Part shown: piece by piece, positions 17,513-27,478 of the stretch | How the letters are laid out: each line of letters begins with the position of its first letter | Position numbering within the stretch: the first letter of the stretch is position 1 | Origin: Escherichia phage AnnaIndermaur_Bas104 | Sequence record: PQ850595.1 | Strand: one strand, 5' to 3' | Length of the DNA stretch: 40,334 nucleotides | Program-made: the position numbers and the translations under genes | Notes under the pieces: generated by a model | Database searches by the model: none | What the model saw: only the letters and a program-made list of their open reading frames with translations | What the model was told of the DNA's origin: nothing

Positions 17513-17535
17513 CTATTCGACTCACTATAGGAGAT
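17513..17535 (+). promoter_or_regulatory. T7 RNAP promoter phi4.7
   Basis: CTATTCGACTCACTATAGGAGAT. Confidence 0.75.
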
Positions 17536-17541
17536 ATTACC

Positions 17542-17949
17542 ATGCGTGACCCTAAAGTTATCCAAGCAGAAATCGCTAAGTTGGAAGCGGAACTGGAGGA
17601 CGTTAAGTGCCATGAAGCTAAGACTCGCTCCGCTGTTCACATCTTGAAGAACTTAGGCTGGACTTGGACAAGACAGACTGGCTGGAAGAAACCAGAAGTT
17701 AACAAACTGAGCCACAAGGTGTTCGATAAGGACACTATGACCCACATCAAGGCTGGAGATTGGGTTAAGGTTGACACTGGAGTCGGTGGTGGTTATGGCT
17801 ATGTACGCTCAGTTAATGGTAAATTTGCACAAGTGTCATACATCAACGGTGTTAACCCGCAAGGTGCAATCGTTGCCTATAAGACCGATATGATTCACAC
17901 AGATTTCTTGACAGTTGTCTCATATGCAGAGATTGTTAAGTTACAATAA
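17542..17949 (+). CDS. 4.7: gp4.7 homolog, 135 aa
   Basis: MRDPKVIQAEIAKLEAELEDVK... matches T7 gp4.7; start placed at the Met after phi4.7. Confidence 0.85.
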   Translation: MRDPKVIQAEIAKLEAELEDVKCHEAKTRSAVHILKNLGWTWTRQTGWKKPEVNKLSHKVFDKDTMTHIKAGDWVKVDTGVGGGYGYVRSVNGKFAQVSYINGVNPQGAIVAYKTDMIHTDFLTVVSYAEIVKLQ

Positions 17950-17967
17950 TCAATAGGAGAAATCAAT

Positions 17968-19926
17968 ATGATCGTTTCTGACATCGAAGCTAACGCCCTC
18001 TTAGAGAGCGTCACTAAGTTCCACTGCGGGGTTATCTACGACTACTCCACCGCTGAGTACGTAAGCTACCGTCCGAGTGACTTCGGTGCGTATCTGGATG
18101 CGCTGGAAGCCGAGGTTGCACGAGGCGGTCTTATTGTGTTCCACAACGGTCACAAGTATGACGTGCCTGCATTGACCAAACTGGCAAAGTTGCAATTGAA
18201 CCGAGAGTTCCACCTTCCTCGTGAGAACTGTATTGACACCCTTGTGCTGTCACGCTTGATTCACTCTAACCTGAAAGACACCGATATGGGTCTCCTGCGT
18301 TCCGGTAAGTTGCCGGGGAACCGCTTTGGGTCTCACGCTTTGGAGGCGTGGGGTTATCGCTTAGGCGAAATGAAGGGTGAATACAAGGACGACTTTAAGC
18401 GTATGCTTGAAGAGCAAGGTGAAGAATACATTGATGGAATGGAGTGGTGGAACTTCAACGAAGAGATGATGGCCTATAACGTTCAGGACGTTGTGGTCAC
18501 TAAAACTCTCCTTGAGAAGCTACTCTCTGACAAACATTACTTCCCTCCTGAGATTGACTTTACGGACGTAGGATACACTACGTTCTGGTCAGAATCCCTT
18601 GAGGCCGTTGACATTGAGCATCGTGCTGCATGGCTACTCGCTAAGCAAGAGCGCAATGGGTTCCCGTTTGACACGAAAGCAATCGAAGAATTGTACGTAG
18701 AGTTAGCTGCTCGCCGCTCTGAGTTGCTCCGTAAATTGACCGAAACGTTCGGCTCGTGGTATCAGCCTAAAGGTGGCACCGAAATGTTCTGCCATCCGAG
18801 GACTGGTAAGCCATTGCCTAAATACCCTCGCATTAAGATACCTAAAGTTGGTGGTATCTTTAAGAAGCCTAAGAACAAGGCACAGCGAGAAGGCCGTGAG
18901 CCTTGCGAACTGGACACCCGCGAGTACGTTGCTGGTGCTCCTTATACGCCAGTTGAGCACGTAGTGTTTAACCCATCGTCTCGTGACCACATTCAGAAGA
19001 AACTCCAAGAGGCTGGGTGGGTCCCCACGAAGTACACCGATAATGGTGCGCCTGTGGTGGACGATGAGGTACTCGAAGGAGTACGTGTAGATGACCCTGA
19101 GAAGCAAGCTGCCATCGACCTCATTAAAGAGTACCTGATGATTCAGAAGCGAATCGGACAGTCTGCTGAGGGAGACAAGGCGTGGCTTCGTTACGTTGCT
19201 GAGGACGGTAAGATTCATGGTTCTGTTAATCCCAACGGCGCTGTTACTGGGCGCGCTACTCACGCTTTCCCTAACCTCGCACAAGTACCCGGTGTCCGTT
19301 CTCCTTATGGTGATAAGTGCCGCGCTGCTTTTGGCGCTGAACATCACCTAGACGGTATTACTGGTAAGCCTTGGGTTCAGGCTGGCATCGACGCATCCGG
19401 TCTGGAGCTACGCTGCTTGGCCCACTTCATGGCTCGCTTTGATAACGGTGAGTACGCTAGAGAGATTCTTCATGGCGACATCCACACTAAAAACCAGCTA
19501 GCTGCTGAATTACCTACCCGTGATAACGCAAAGACGTTCATCTATGGGTTCCTCTATGGTGCTGGCGATGAGAAGATTGGGCAGATTGTTGGTGCTGGTA
19601 AAGAGCGCGGTAAGGAACTCAAGAAGAAATTCCTTGAGAACACCCCCGCGATTGCAGCACTCCGCGAGTCTATCCAACAGACGCTTGTCGAGTCCTCTCA
19701 GTGGGTAGCTGGTGAGCAACAAGTCAAGTGGAAACGCCGCTGGATTAAAGGTCTGGATGGTCGTAAGGTACACGTTCGTAGTCCTCACGCTGCCTTGAAT
19801 ACACTACTGCAATCTGCTGGTGCTCTTATCTGCAAACTGTGGATTATCAAGACCGAAGAGATGCTAGTAGAGAAAGGCTTGAAGCATGGCTGGGATGGGG
19901 ACTTTGCGTACATGGCATGGGTGCAT
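17968..19926 (+). CDS. 5: DNA polymerase (T7 gp5 homolog), exon 1 (codons 1-653)
   Basis: near-identical to T7 gp5 up to ...FAYMAWVH; reading frame then diverges (KLSHCAH-stop) and T7 homology resumes at 20528. Confidence 0.9.
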
Positions 19927-20527
19927 AAACTATCTCATTGTGCACATTAAATCTGGTGAACTCGGTGAAACCCTTCTGGGGCAATACCGAGCCAAGCCAT
20001 AGGGAGGATATATGAGAGGCAAGAAGTTAATCCTTGCGGCCACAGAGAGTGGTTGTATCATCCCTACGTCGCACAAACTTAATGCTGATGGTTATTTCCG
20101 AAAGAAGACGAACGGTGTCCTAGAGATGTATCACAGGACAGTCTGGAAGGAACACTACGGAGATATACCAGAAGGGTATGAAGTAGACCACAAGTGTAGG
20201 AACAGGGCGTGCTGTAACGTAGAGCACCTCCGGTTACTAGAAGGTTCTGAGCATACAGTCAAGACAAACATGGAACGCTACGCTGACCGTAAAGAGTCCG
20301 CGAAGGAATACTGGTTGGAGACTGGATGTACAGGAACACACTTAGGTGAGAAGTTTGGTGTAACGTTCTCTGCCGCTTGTAAGTGGATTAGAGAGTGGAA
20401 GGCGTAGAGACTATCCGAAAGGAGTAGGGCCGAGGGTGAGATTCCCTCGTTACCCGAAGCGCCAGACAGTCAACTCAAAGGCTGATGATATAGTCCGACA
20501 CTCCTAGTAATAGGAGAATACAGAAAG
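19927..20527 (+). mobile_element. group I self-splicing intron (601 nt) in DNA polymerase gene, with HNH homing-endonuclease ORF
   Basis: exon 1 ends in U; exon 3' GUGCAU can pair with intron GUGCAC (19940-19945) to form P1 with U-G at the splice site; intron ends in G; exon1+exon2 = 704 codons, exactly T7 gp5 length. Confidence 0.8.
20012..20407 (+). CDS. intron-encoded HNH homing endonuclease, 131 aa
   Basis: HNH motif EVDHKCRNRACCNVEHL; GGGAGG RBS; lies wholly inside the intron. Confidence 0.85.
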   Translation: MRGKKLILAATESGCIIPTSHKLNADGYFRKKTNGVLEMYHRTVWKEHYGDIPEGYEVDHKCRNRACCNVEHLRLLEGSEHTVKTNMERYADRKESAKEYWLETGCTGTHLGEKFGVTFSAACKWIREWKA

Positions 20528-20683
20528 GATGAGATTCAAGTAGGTTGCCGTACCGAAGAGATTGCTCAGGTGGTCATTGAGACCGCACAAGAAGCAATGC
20601 GCTGGGTTGGAGACCACTGGAACTTCCGGTGTCTTCTGGATACCGAAGGTAAGATTGGTCCGAATTGGGCAGTATGTCACTAA
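20528..20683 (+). CDS. 5: DNA polymerase (gp5), exon 2 (51 codons)
   Basis: DEIQVGCRTEEIAQVVIETAQEAMRWVGDHWNFRCLLDTEGKIGPNWAVCH matches the T7 gp5 C-terminus. Confidence 0.85.
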   Translation, partial: DEIQVGCRTEEIAQVVIETAQEAMRWVGDHWNFRCLLDTEGKIGPNWAVCH

Positions 20684-20702
20684 TTCTATAGGAGAAATTA
20701 TT

Positions 20703-20999
20703 ATGGCTATCACTAAGAAATTTAAAGTGTCCTTTGATGTTACCCTTAAGCTGGACAGCGAGACCGAAGAACTGATGCTGGAAAAGATTCTGGACTTAGC
20801 CCATCGTGCTGGTGCTGGTGAGGAGATTGCTCCTATGGACCGAGAGTTGCTAGTTCAGGCCCTGACACATGGTCCAGACGGTGCTGCCACATTTGCTGTA
20901 CGACAAGGTATCCGCAATGCTGTCAAGGAGATGTTCGAAGAGTCTGGTGATAAATCACTGTTCAAAGTATCTCCTGCAACTGTACGGGAGGTGTTCTGA
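20703..20999 (+). CDS. 5.5: gp5.5 homolog (H-NS-binding protein in T7), 98 aa
   Basis: MAITKKFKVSFDVT...KSLFKVSPATVREVF matches T7 gp5.5; AGGAG RBS; gene 5.3 absent. Confidence 0.85.
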   Translation: MAITKKFKVSFDVTLKLDSETEELMLEKILDLAHRAGAGEEIAPMDRELLVQALTHGPDGAATFAVRQGIRNAVKEMFEESGDKSLFKVSPATVREVF

Positions 21000-21208
21000 T
21001 GTCTGACTACTTGAAAGTGCTGCAAGCAATCAAAAGTTGCCCTAAGACTTTCCAGTCCAACTATGTACGGAATAATGCGAGCCTCGTAGCGGAGGCCGCT
21101 TCCCGTGGTCACATCTCGTGCCTGACCACTAGTGGACGTAACGGTGGTGCTTGGGAAATCACTGCTTCTGGTACTCGTTTTCTTAAACGAATGGGAGGGT
21201 GTGTATAA
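20999..21208 (+). CDS. 5.7: gp5.7 homolog, 69 aa
   Basis: MSDYLKVLQAIKSCPKTFQSNYVRNNASLVAEAASRGHISCLTTSGRNGGAWEITASGTRFLKRMGGCV matches T7 gp5.7. Confidence 0.85.
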   Translation: MSDYLKVLQAIKSCPKTFQSNYVRNNASLVAEAASRGHISCLTTSGRNGGAWEITASGTRFLKRMGGCV

Positions 21209-21366
21209 TGTCTAGCGACCTTGTGACTATTCCACGCGATGTGTGGAACGATATGCAGGGCTACATCGACTCTCTGGAACGTGAGAACGATAGCCTTAAG
21301 AATCAACTAATGGAAGCTGACGAATACGTAGCGGAACTAGAGGAGAAACTTAATGGCACTTCTTGA
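21208..21366 (+). CDS. 5.9: gp5.9 homolog (RecBCD inhibitor in T7), 52 aa
   Basis: MSSDLVTIPRDVWNDMQGYIDSLERENDSLKNQLMEADEYVAELEEKLNGTS matches T7 gp5.9. Confidence 0.8.
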   Translation: MSSDLVTIPRDVWNDMQGYIDSLERENDSLKNQLMEADEYVAELEEKLNGTS

Positions 21367-22255
21367 CCTTAAACAATTCTACGAGTTACGTGAAGGCTGT
21401 GACGACAAAGGCATCCTTGTTATGGATGGGGACTGGCTGGTCTTCCAAGCGATGAGCGCTGCTGAGTTCGATGCCTCATGGGAGGAAGAGATTTGGCACC
21501 GATGCTGTGACCACGCTAAGGCCCGTCAGATTCTTGATGATTCCATTAAGTCCTATGAGACCCGTAAGAAGGCTTGGGTAGGTGCTCCGATTGTACTTGC
21601 GTTCACCGATAGTGTTAACTGGCGTAAAGAACTGGTTGACCCGAACTACAAGGCTAACCGTAAGGCCGCTAAGAAGCCTGTAGGTTACTTTGAGTTCCTT
21701 GATGCCCTCTTTGAGCGAGAAGAGTTCTATTGCATCCGTGAGCCTATGCTTGAGGGTGATGACGTTATGGGAGTTATTGCTTCCAATCCGTCTGCCTTCG
21801 GTGCTCGTAAGGCGGTAATCATCTCGTGCGATAAGGACTTTAAGACCATCCCTAACTGTGACTTCCTGTGGTGTACCACTGGTAACATCCTGACTCAGAC
21901 CGAAGAGTCCGCTGACTGGTGGCACCTCTTCCAGACAATCAAAGGTGACATCACCGATGGTTACTCAGGGATTGCCGGATGGGGTGATACCGCCGAGGAC
22001 TTCTTGAATAACCCGTTCATAGTTGAGCCTAAAACGTCTGTGCTTAAGTCTGGCAAGAACAAAGGCCAAGAGGTTACTAAATGGGTTAAACGCGACCCTG
22101 AGCCTCATGAGACGCTTTGGGACTGCATTAAGTCCATTGGCGCTAAGGCTGGTATGACCGAAGAGGATATTATCAAGCAGGGCCAGCTGGCTCGCATCCT
22201 TCGGTTCAACGAGTATAACTTTATTGACAAGGAGATTTACCTGTGGAGACCGTAG
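21353..22255 (+). CDS. 6: 5'-3' exonuclease (T7 gp6 homolog), 300 aa
   Basis: 300 aa, near-identical to T7 gp6. Confidence 0.95.
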   Translation: MALLDLKQFYELREGCDDKGILVMDGDWLVFQAMSAAEFDASWEEEIWHRCCDHAKARQILDDSIKSYETRKKAWVGAPIVLAFTDSVNWRKELVDPNYKANRKAAKKPVGYFEFLDALFEREEFYCIREPMLEGDDVMGVIASNPSAFGARKAVIISCDKDFKTIPNCDFLWCTTGNILTQTEESADWWHLFQTIKGDITDGYSGIAGWGDTAEDFLNNPFIVEPKTSVLKSGKNKGQEVTKWVKRDPEPHETLWDCIKSIGAKAGMTEEDIIKQGQLARILRFNEYNFIDKEIYLWRP

Positions 22256-22356
22256 CGTATATTGGTCTTGGTCTTTGTGGTCTCGGAGTGTGCCTCATTT
22301 CGTGGGGCCTTTTGGACTTAGCCAGAATAATCAAGTCGTTACACGACACTAAGTGA
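22243..22356 (+). CDS. 6.3: gp6.3-like small protein, 37 aa, GTG start
   Basis: AAGGAG RBS 8 nt upstream of GTG at 22243; 37 codons as T7 gp6.3; hydrophobic; sequence identity not verified. Confidence 0.5.
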   Translation: METVAYIGLGLCGLGVCLISWGLLDLARIIKSLHDTK

Positions 22357-22376
22357 TAAACTCAAGGTCCCTAAAT

Positions 22377-22399
22377 TAATACGACTCACTATAGGGAGA
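22377..22399 (+). promoter_or_regulatory. T7 RNAP promoter phi6.5 (class III consensus)
   Basis: TAATACGACTCACTATAGGGAGA. Confidence 0.9.
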
Positions 22400-22453
22400 T
22401 AGGGGCCTTTATGATTATTACTTTAAGATTTAACTCTAAGAGGAATCTTTATC

Positions 22454-22708
22454 ATGTTAACACCTATTAACCAATTACTTAAGAACCCTAATGATGTTCC
22501 AGACGTGCCTCGTGCAACCGCTGAGTATCTACAGGTTCGATTCAACTATGCGTATCTCGAAGCGTCTGGTCATATAGGACTTATGCGTGCTAATGGTTGT
22601 AGTGAAGCCCACATCTTGGGTTTCATTCAGGGCCTACAGTATGCCTCTAACGTCATTGATGAGATTGAGTTACGCAAGGAACAACTAAGAGATGATGGGG
22701 AGGATTGA
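22454..22708 (+). CDS. 6.5: gp6.5 homolog, 84 aa
   Basis: [42 protein letters not shown]... matches T7 gp6.5. Confidence 0.85.
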   Translation: MLTPINQLLKNPNDVPDVPRATAEYLQVRFNYAYLEASGHIGLMRANGCSEAHILGFIQGLQYASNVIDEIELRKEQLRDDGED

Positions 22709-22712
22709 CCTT

Positions 22713-22979
22713 ATGTGTTTCTCACCGAAAGTTAAAGTTCCGAAGATGGATACCAATCAGATTCGAGCCGTTGAGCCAGCGCCTCTGACCAAAGAAGTGT
22801 CAAGCGTGGAGTTCGGTGGGTCCTCTGATGAGACGGATACCGAAGGAACCGAAGTGTCTGGACGCAAAGACCTCAAGGTCGAACGCGATGATTCCGTAGC
22901 GAAGTCTAAAGCCAGTGGTACTGGTTCCGCTCGTATGAAATCTTCAATCCGTAAGTCCGCATTTGGAGGTAAGAAGTGA
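22713..22979 (+). CDS. 6.7: gp6.7 homolog (virion protein), 88 aa
   Basis: MCFSPKVKVPKMDTNQIRAVEPAPLT... matches T7 gp6.7; GGAGG RBS upstream of ATG at 22713. Confidence 0.8.
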   Translation: MCFSPKVKVPKMDTNQIRAVEPAPLTKEVSSVEFGGSSDETDTEGTEVSGRKDLKVERDDSVAKSKASGTGSARMKSSIRKSAFGGKK

Positions 22980-23380
22980 TGTCTGAGTTCACATGTGTGG
23001 AGGCTAAGAGTCGCTTCCGTGCAATCCGGTGGACTGTGGAACACCTTGGGTTGCCTAAGGGATTTGAAGGACACTTCATAGGTTACAGCCTCTACGTGGA
23101 TGAAGTAATGGATATGTCTGGTTGTCGTGAAGAGTACATTCTGGACTCTACCGGAAAACATGTAGCGTACTTCGCGTGGTGCGTAAGCTGTGACATTCAC
23201 CACAAGGGAGACATTCTGGACGTTACGTCAGTTGTTATTAATCCTGAGGCAGACTCTAAGGGCTTACAGCGATTCCTAGCGAAACGCTTTAAGTACCTTG
23301 CAGAACTCCACGATTGCGATTGGGTGTCTCGTTGTAAGCATGAAGGCGAGACAATGCGTGTATACTTTAAGGAGGTATAA
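22979..23380 (+). CDS. 7: gp7 homolog (host-range protein), 133 aa
   Basis: MSEFTCVEAKSRFRAIRWTVEHLGLPKGFEGH... near-identical to T7 gp7. Confidence 0.85.
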   Translation: MSEFTCVEAKSRFRAIRWTVEHLGLPKGFEGHFIGYSLYVDEVMDMSGCREEYILDSTGKHVAYFAWCVSCDIHHKGDILDVTSVVINPEADSKGLQRFLAKRFKYLAELHDCDWVSRCKHEGETMRVYFKEV

Positions 23381-23383
23381 GTT

Positions 23384-23704
23384 ATGGGTAAGAAAGTTAA
23401 GAAGGTAGTGAAGAAAGTCACCAAGCCAGTTACGAAAGCTGTGAAGAAAGTTACCAAGGAAGTGACTCGTCCTATTAAACAGGTCGCTGGTGCGCTGGCA
23501 GGTGGTGCTGGTGAAGCACAGGTGGTTGAAGTTCCACAACCAACAGCCGCTGCTACTCCTGCTGCACAAATTGTTGACGTACCTGAGAAAGAGGTTTCCA
23601 CTGAGGACGAAGCACAGACCGAAAGCGGACGCAAGAAAGCTCGTTCTGGCGGTAAGAAGTCCTTGAGTGTAGCCCGTAGCTCCGGTGGCGGCATCAACAT
23701 TTAA
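23384..23704 (+). CDS. 7.3: gp7.3 homolog (tail-associated protein), 106 aa
   Basis: MGKKVKKVVKKVTKPVTKAVKKVTKEVTRPIKQ... lysine-rich; matches T7 gp7.3. Confidence 0.85.
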   Translation: MGKKVKKVVKKVTKPVTKAVKKVTKEVTRPIKQVAGALAGGAGEAQVVEVPQPTAAATPAAQIVDVPEKEVSTEDEAQTESGRKKARSGGKKSLSVARSSGGGINI

Positions 23705-23718
23705 TCAGGAGGTGACAC

Positions 23719-25329
23719 ATGGCTGAGAAGCGTACAGGTCTAGCCGAGGAAGGCGCAAAGTCGGTCTATGAGCGATTAAAGAACGACCGTGCTCCTTATG
23801 AGACTCGTGCCCAAAACTGCGCTCAGTACACCATTCCGTCCCTCTTCCCAAAGGATTCCGATAACTCATCCACAGACTACACAACTCCGTGGCAAGCTGT
23901 GGGTGCTCGCGGTCTCAATAACTTGGCCTCCAAGCTCATGCTGGCTCTCTTCCCGATGCAAACGTGGATGAAACTTACCATCTCTGAGTATGAGGCCAAA
24001 CAGTTACTGAACGACCCCGATGGACTCGCTAAGGTCGATGAGGGTCTCTCGATGGTAGAGCGTATCATCATGAACTACATTGAGTCTAACAGCTACCGAG
24101 TGACTCTCTTTGAGGCTCTCAAACAGTTAGTCGTAGCGGGTAACGTCCTGCTGTACCTACCGGAGCCGGAAGGGTCAAACTATAATCCCATGAAGCTGTA
24201 CCGATTGTCTTCTTATGTGGTCCAACGAGACGCATTCGGCAACGTTCTGCAAATGGTGACTCGTGACCAGATAGCTTTTGGTGCTCTCCCTGAGGACATC
24301 CGTAAGGCTGTAGAAGGTCAAGGTGGTGAGAAGAAACCTGATGAGACCATTGATGTGTACACTCACATCTACTTGGACGAAGAGTCAGATGAATATCTCC
24401 GCTACGAAGAGGTTGAAGGTATGGAGATACAAGGCTCCGATGGGGCGTATCCTAAAGATGCTTGCCCATACATCCCGATTCGAATGGTTCGTCTGGACGG
24501 TGAATCCTACGGTCGTTCGTACATTGAGGAATACTTAGGTGACTTACGGTCCCTTGAGAATCTCCAAGAGGCTATCGTCAAGATGTCCATGATTAGCTCT
24601 AAGGTTATCGGCTTAGTGAATCCTGCTGGTATCACCCAGCCACGCCGACTGACCAAAGCTCAGACTGGTGACTTCGTTACTGGTCGTCCAGAAGACATCT
24701 CGTTCCTCCAACTGGAGAAGCAAGCAGACTTTACTGTAGCCAAGGCTGTAAGTGACGCTATTGAGGCTCGACTTTCGTTTGCCTTTATGTTGAACTCTGC
24801 GGTTCAGCGCACAGGTGAACGTGTGACCGCCGAAGAGATTCGGTATGTCGCTTCTGAACTTGAAGATACTTTAGGTGGTGTCTACTCTATCCTTTCTCAA
24901 GAATTACAATTGCCTCTGGTACGAGTGCTCTTGAAGCAACTACAAGCCACGCAACAGATTCCTGAGTTACCTAAGGAAGCCGTAGAGCCAACCATTAGTA
25001 CAGGTCTGGAAGCAATCGGTCGTGGTCAAGACCTTGATAAGCTGGAGCGTTGTGTCGCTGCGTGGGCTGCTCTTGCTCCTATGCGTGATGACCCTGACAT
25101 CAACCTTGCGATGATTAAGTTGCGCATTGCGAACGCTATCGGCATTGACACTTCTGGTATCCTTCTTACCGAAGAACAGAAGCAACAGAAGATGGCTCAG
25201 CAGTCTATGCAAATGGGTATGGATAGTGGTGCTGCTGCGCTTGGTCAAGGTATGGCTGCACAGGCTACGGCTTCACCTGAGGCTATGGTTGCTGCTGCTG
25301 ATTCCGTAGGTTTACAGCCTGGCATTTAA
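23719..25329 (+). CDS. 8: head-to-tail connector / portal protein (T7 gp8 homolog), 536 aa
   Basis: 536 aa as T7 gp8, near-identical. Confidence 0.95.
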   Translation: MAEKRTGLAEEGAKSVYERLKNDRAPYETRAQNCAQYTIPSLFPKDSDNSSTDYTTPWQAVGARGLNNLASKLMLALFPMQTWMKLTISEYEAKQLLNDPDGLAKVDEGLSMVERIIMNYIESNSYRVTLFEALKQLVVAGNVLLYLPEPEGSNYNPMKLYRLSSYVVQRDAFGNVLQMVTRDQIAFGALPEDIRKAVEGQGGEKKPDETIDVYTHIYLDEESDEYLRYEEVEGMEIQGSDGAYPKDACPYIPIRMVRLDGESYGRSYIEEYLGDLRSLENLQEAIVKMSMISSKVIGLVNPAGITQPRRLTKAQTGDFVTGRPEDISFLQLEKQADFTVAKAVSDAIEARLSFAFMLNSAVQRTGERVTAEEIRYVASELEDTLGGVYSILSQELQLPLVRVLLKQLQATQQIPELPKEAVEPTISTGLEAIGRGQDLDKLERCVAAWAALAPMRDDPDINLAMIKLRIANAIGIDTSGILLTEEQKQQKMAQQSMQMGMDSGAAALGQGMAAQATASPEAMVAAADSVGLQPGI

Positions 25330-25349
25330 TACGACTCACTATAGGGAGA
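25327..25349 (+). promoter_or_regulatory. T7 RNAP promoter phi9 (class III)
   Basis: TAATACGACTCACTATAGGGAGA. Confidence 0.9.
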
Positions 25350-25428
25350 CCTCATCTTTGAAATGAGCGATGGCAAGAGGTTGGAGTCCTCGGTCTTCCT
25401 GTAGTTCAACTTTAAGGAGACAATAATA

Positions 25429-26352
25429 ATGGCTGAATCTAATGCAGACGTATATGCATCTTTTGGCGTGAACTCCGCTGTGATGTCTGGTGGTTCCATT
25501 GAGGAACATGAACAGAACATGCTGGCTCTTGATGTTGCTGCCCGTGATGGCGATGATGCAATCGAGTTAGCGTCCGACGAAGTGGAAACAGAACGTGACC
25601 TGTATGACAACTCTGACCCATTCGGTCAAGAGGATGACGAAGGTCGCATTCAGGTTCGTATTGGCGATGGCTCTGAGCCGACCGATGTGGACACTGGTGA
25701 AGAAGGCTTTGAGGACACCGAAGGTTCCGAAGAGTTTACACCGCTGGGTGAGACTCCAGAAGAACTGGTAGCTGCCTCTGAGCAACTTGGTGAGCACGAA
25801 GAGGGCTTCCAAGAGATGATTAACATTGCTGCCGAGCGTGGTATGAGCGCCGAGACCATCGAGGCCATCCAGCGTGAGTACGAGGAGAACGAAGAGTTGT
25901 CCGCTGAGTCCTACGCTAAGCTGGCTGAAATTGGCTACACTAAGGCTTTCATTGACTCGTACATTCGTGGTCAAGAAGCTCTGGTGGAGCAGTACGTAAA
26001 CAGTGTCATTGAGTACGCTGGTGGTCGTGAACGTTTTGATGCACTGTATAATCACCTTGAGACGCACAACCCTGAGGCTGCACAGTCGCTGGACAATGCG
26101 TTGACCAATCGTGACTTAGCGACAGTTAAGGCTATCATCAACTTGGCTGGTGAGTCTCGCGCTAAGGCGTTCGGTCGTAAGCCAACTCGTAGCGTGACTA
26201 ATCGTGCTATTCCGGCTAAACCTCAGGCTAACAAGCGTGAAGGCTTTGCGGACCGTAGCGAGATGATTAAAGCTATGAGCGACCCTCGGTATCGCACAGA
26301 TGCCAATTATCGTCGTCAAGTCGAACAGAAAGTAATCGACTCGAACTTCTGA
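25429..26352 (+). CDS. 9: capsid assembly (scaffolding) protein (T7 gp9 homolog), 307 aa
   Basis: acidic protein, 307 aa as T7 gp9, near-identical. Confidence 0.93.
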   Translation: MAESNADVYASFGVNSAVMSGGSIEEHEQNMLALDVAARDGDDAIELASDEVETERDLYDNSDPFGQEDDEGRIQVRIGDGSEPTDVDTGEEGFEDTEGSEEFTPLGETPEELVAASEQLGEHEEGFQEMINIAAERGMSAETIEAIQREYEENEELSAESYAKLAEIGYTKAFIDSYIRGQEALVEQYVNSVIEYAGGRERFDALYNHLETHNPEAAQSLDNALTNRDLATVKAIINLAGESRAKAFGRKPTRSVTNRAIPAKPQANKREGFADRSEMIKAMSDPRYRTDANYRRQVEQKVIDSNF

Positions 26353-26365
26353 TAGACTCTGAAAT

Positions 26366-26388
26366 TAATACGACTCACTATAGGGAGA
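26366..26388 (+). promoter_or_regulatory. T7 RNAP promoter phi10 (class III) with strong leader and RBS
   Basis: TAATACGACTCACTATAGGGAGA followed by CCACAACGGTTTCCCTCTAGAAAT...AAGGAG. Confidence 0.9.
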
Positions 26389-26446
26389 CCACAACGGTTT
26401 CCCTCTAGAAATCATTCTTGTTTAACTTTAAGAAGGAGACATACAT

Positions 26447-27478
26447 ATGACTACTATGACTGGTGGACAGCAACTGGGTACTAACCAAGGTAAAGGTGCA
26501 AGTGCTTCTGATAAACTGGCGTTGTTCTTGAAGGTATTTGGTGGTGAAGTTCTGACTGCATTCGCTCGTACCTCTGTGACCACTTCTCGCCACATGGTCC
26601 GTTCCATCTCCAGCGGTAAATCCGCTCAGTTCCCTGTACTGGGTCGCACTCAGGCAGCTTACTTGTCTCCGGGCGAGAACCTCGATGATAAACGTAAAGA
26701 CATCAAACACACCGAGAAGACCATCACCATTGATGGCCTCCTGACGGCTGACGTTCTGATTTACGATATTGAGGACGCGATGAACCACTATGACGTTCGC
26801 TCTGAGTATACCTCTCAGTTGGGTGAATCTCTGGCTATGGCTGCTGATGGTGCGGTTCTGGCTGAGATTGCTGGCCTGTGTAACTTGGCGGGCGCCTCTA
26901 ATGAGAACATTGATGGCTTGGGTACTGCTACCGTAATTGAGACCACTCAGGACAAGGCGGCACTTGCCGACCAAGTTGCTCTGGGTAAGGAGATTATTGC
27001 GGCTCTGACTAAGGCTCGTGCGGCTCTGACTAAGAACTATGTTCCGGCTGCTGACCGTGTGTTCTACTGCGACCCAGATAGCTACTCTGCGATTCTGGCA
27101 GCACTGATGCCTAATGCTGCAAACTACGCTGCTCTGATTGACCCTGAGAAGGGTTCTATCCGCAACGTTATGGGCTTTGAGGTTGTAGAAGTTCCGCACC
27201 TCACCGCTGGTGGTGCTGGCACTACTCGTGATGATACTACTGGTCAGAAGCATGCCTTCCCTGCCACTAAGAGTGGTAACGACAAGGTTGCTAAGGACAA
27301 CGTTATCGGCCTGTTCATGCACCGCTCTGCGGTAGGTACTGTTAAACTGCGTGACTTGGCTCTGGAGCGCGCCCGCCGTGCTAACTTCCAAGCAGACCAG
27401 ATTATCGCTAAGTATGCAATGGGCCACGGTGGTCTGCGACCAGAAGCTGCTGGTGCAGTGGTTTTCAAGGGGAAGTAA
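26447..27478 (+). CDS. 10: major capsid protein 10A (T7 gp10A homolog), 343 aa
   Basis: MTTMTGGQQLGTNQGKGASASDKLALFLKVFGGEVLTAFARTSV... near-identical to T7 gp10A. Confidence 0.97.
   Translation: MTTMTGGQQLGTNQGKGASASDKLALFLKVFGGEVLTAFARTSVTTSRHMVRSISSGKSAQFPVLGRTQAAYLSPGENLDDKRKDIKHTEKTITIDGLLTADVLIYDIEDAMNHYDVRSEYTSQLGESLAMAADGAVLAEIAGLCNLAGASNENIDGLGTATVIETTQDKAALADQVALGKEIIAALTKARAALTKNYVPAADRVFYCDPDSYSAILAALMPNAANYAALIDPEKGSIRNVMGFEVVEVPHLTAGGAGTTRDDTTGQKHAFPATKSGNDKVAKDNVIGLFMHRSAVGTVKLRDLALERARRANFQADQIIAKYAMGHGGLRPEAAGAVVFKGK

Noticed and set aside
18703-19347. 214-aa minus-strand ORF
   Set aside because: Antisense to DNA polymerase exon 1.
20562-20999. 145-aa ORF from the six-frame track
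   Set aside because: Its 5' part runs out of frame across polymerase exon 2; only the portion from ATG 20703 corresponds to gene 5.5.
26366-26460. possible expression-vector contamination (T7 promoter, leader and RBS resembling pET-type vectors)
   Set aside because: That vector segment is itself derived from T7 phi10/gene 10; here it sits in native genomic context between genes 9 and 10 and shows point differences from the vector sequence as recalled.
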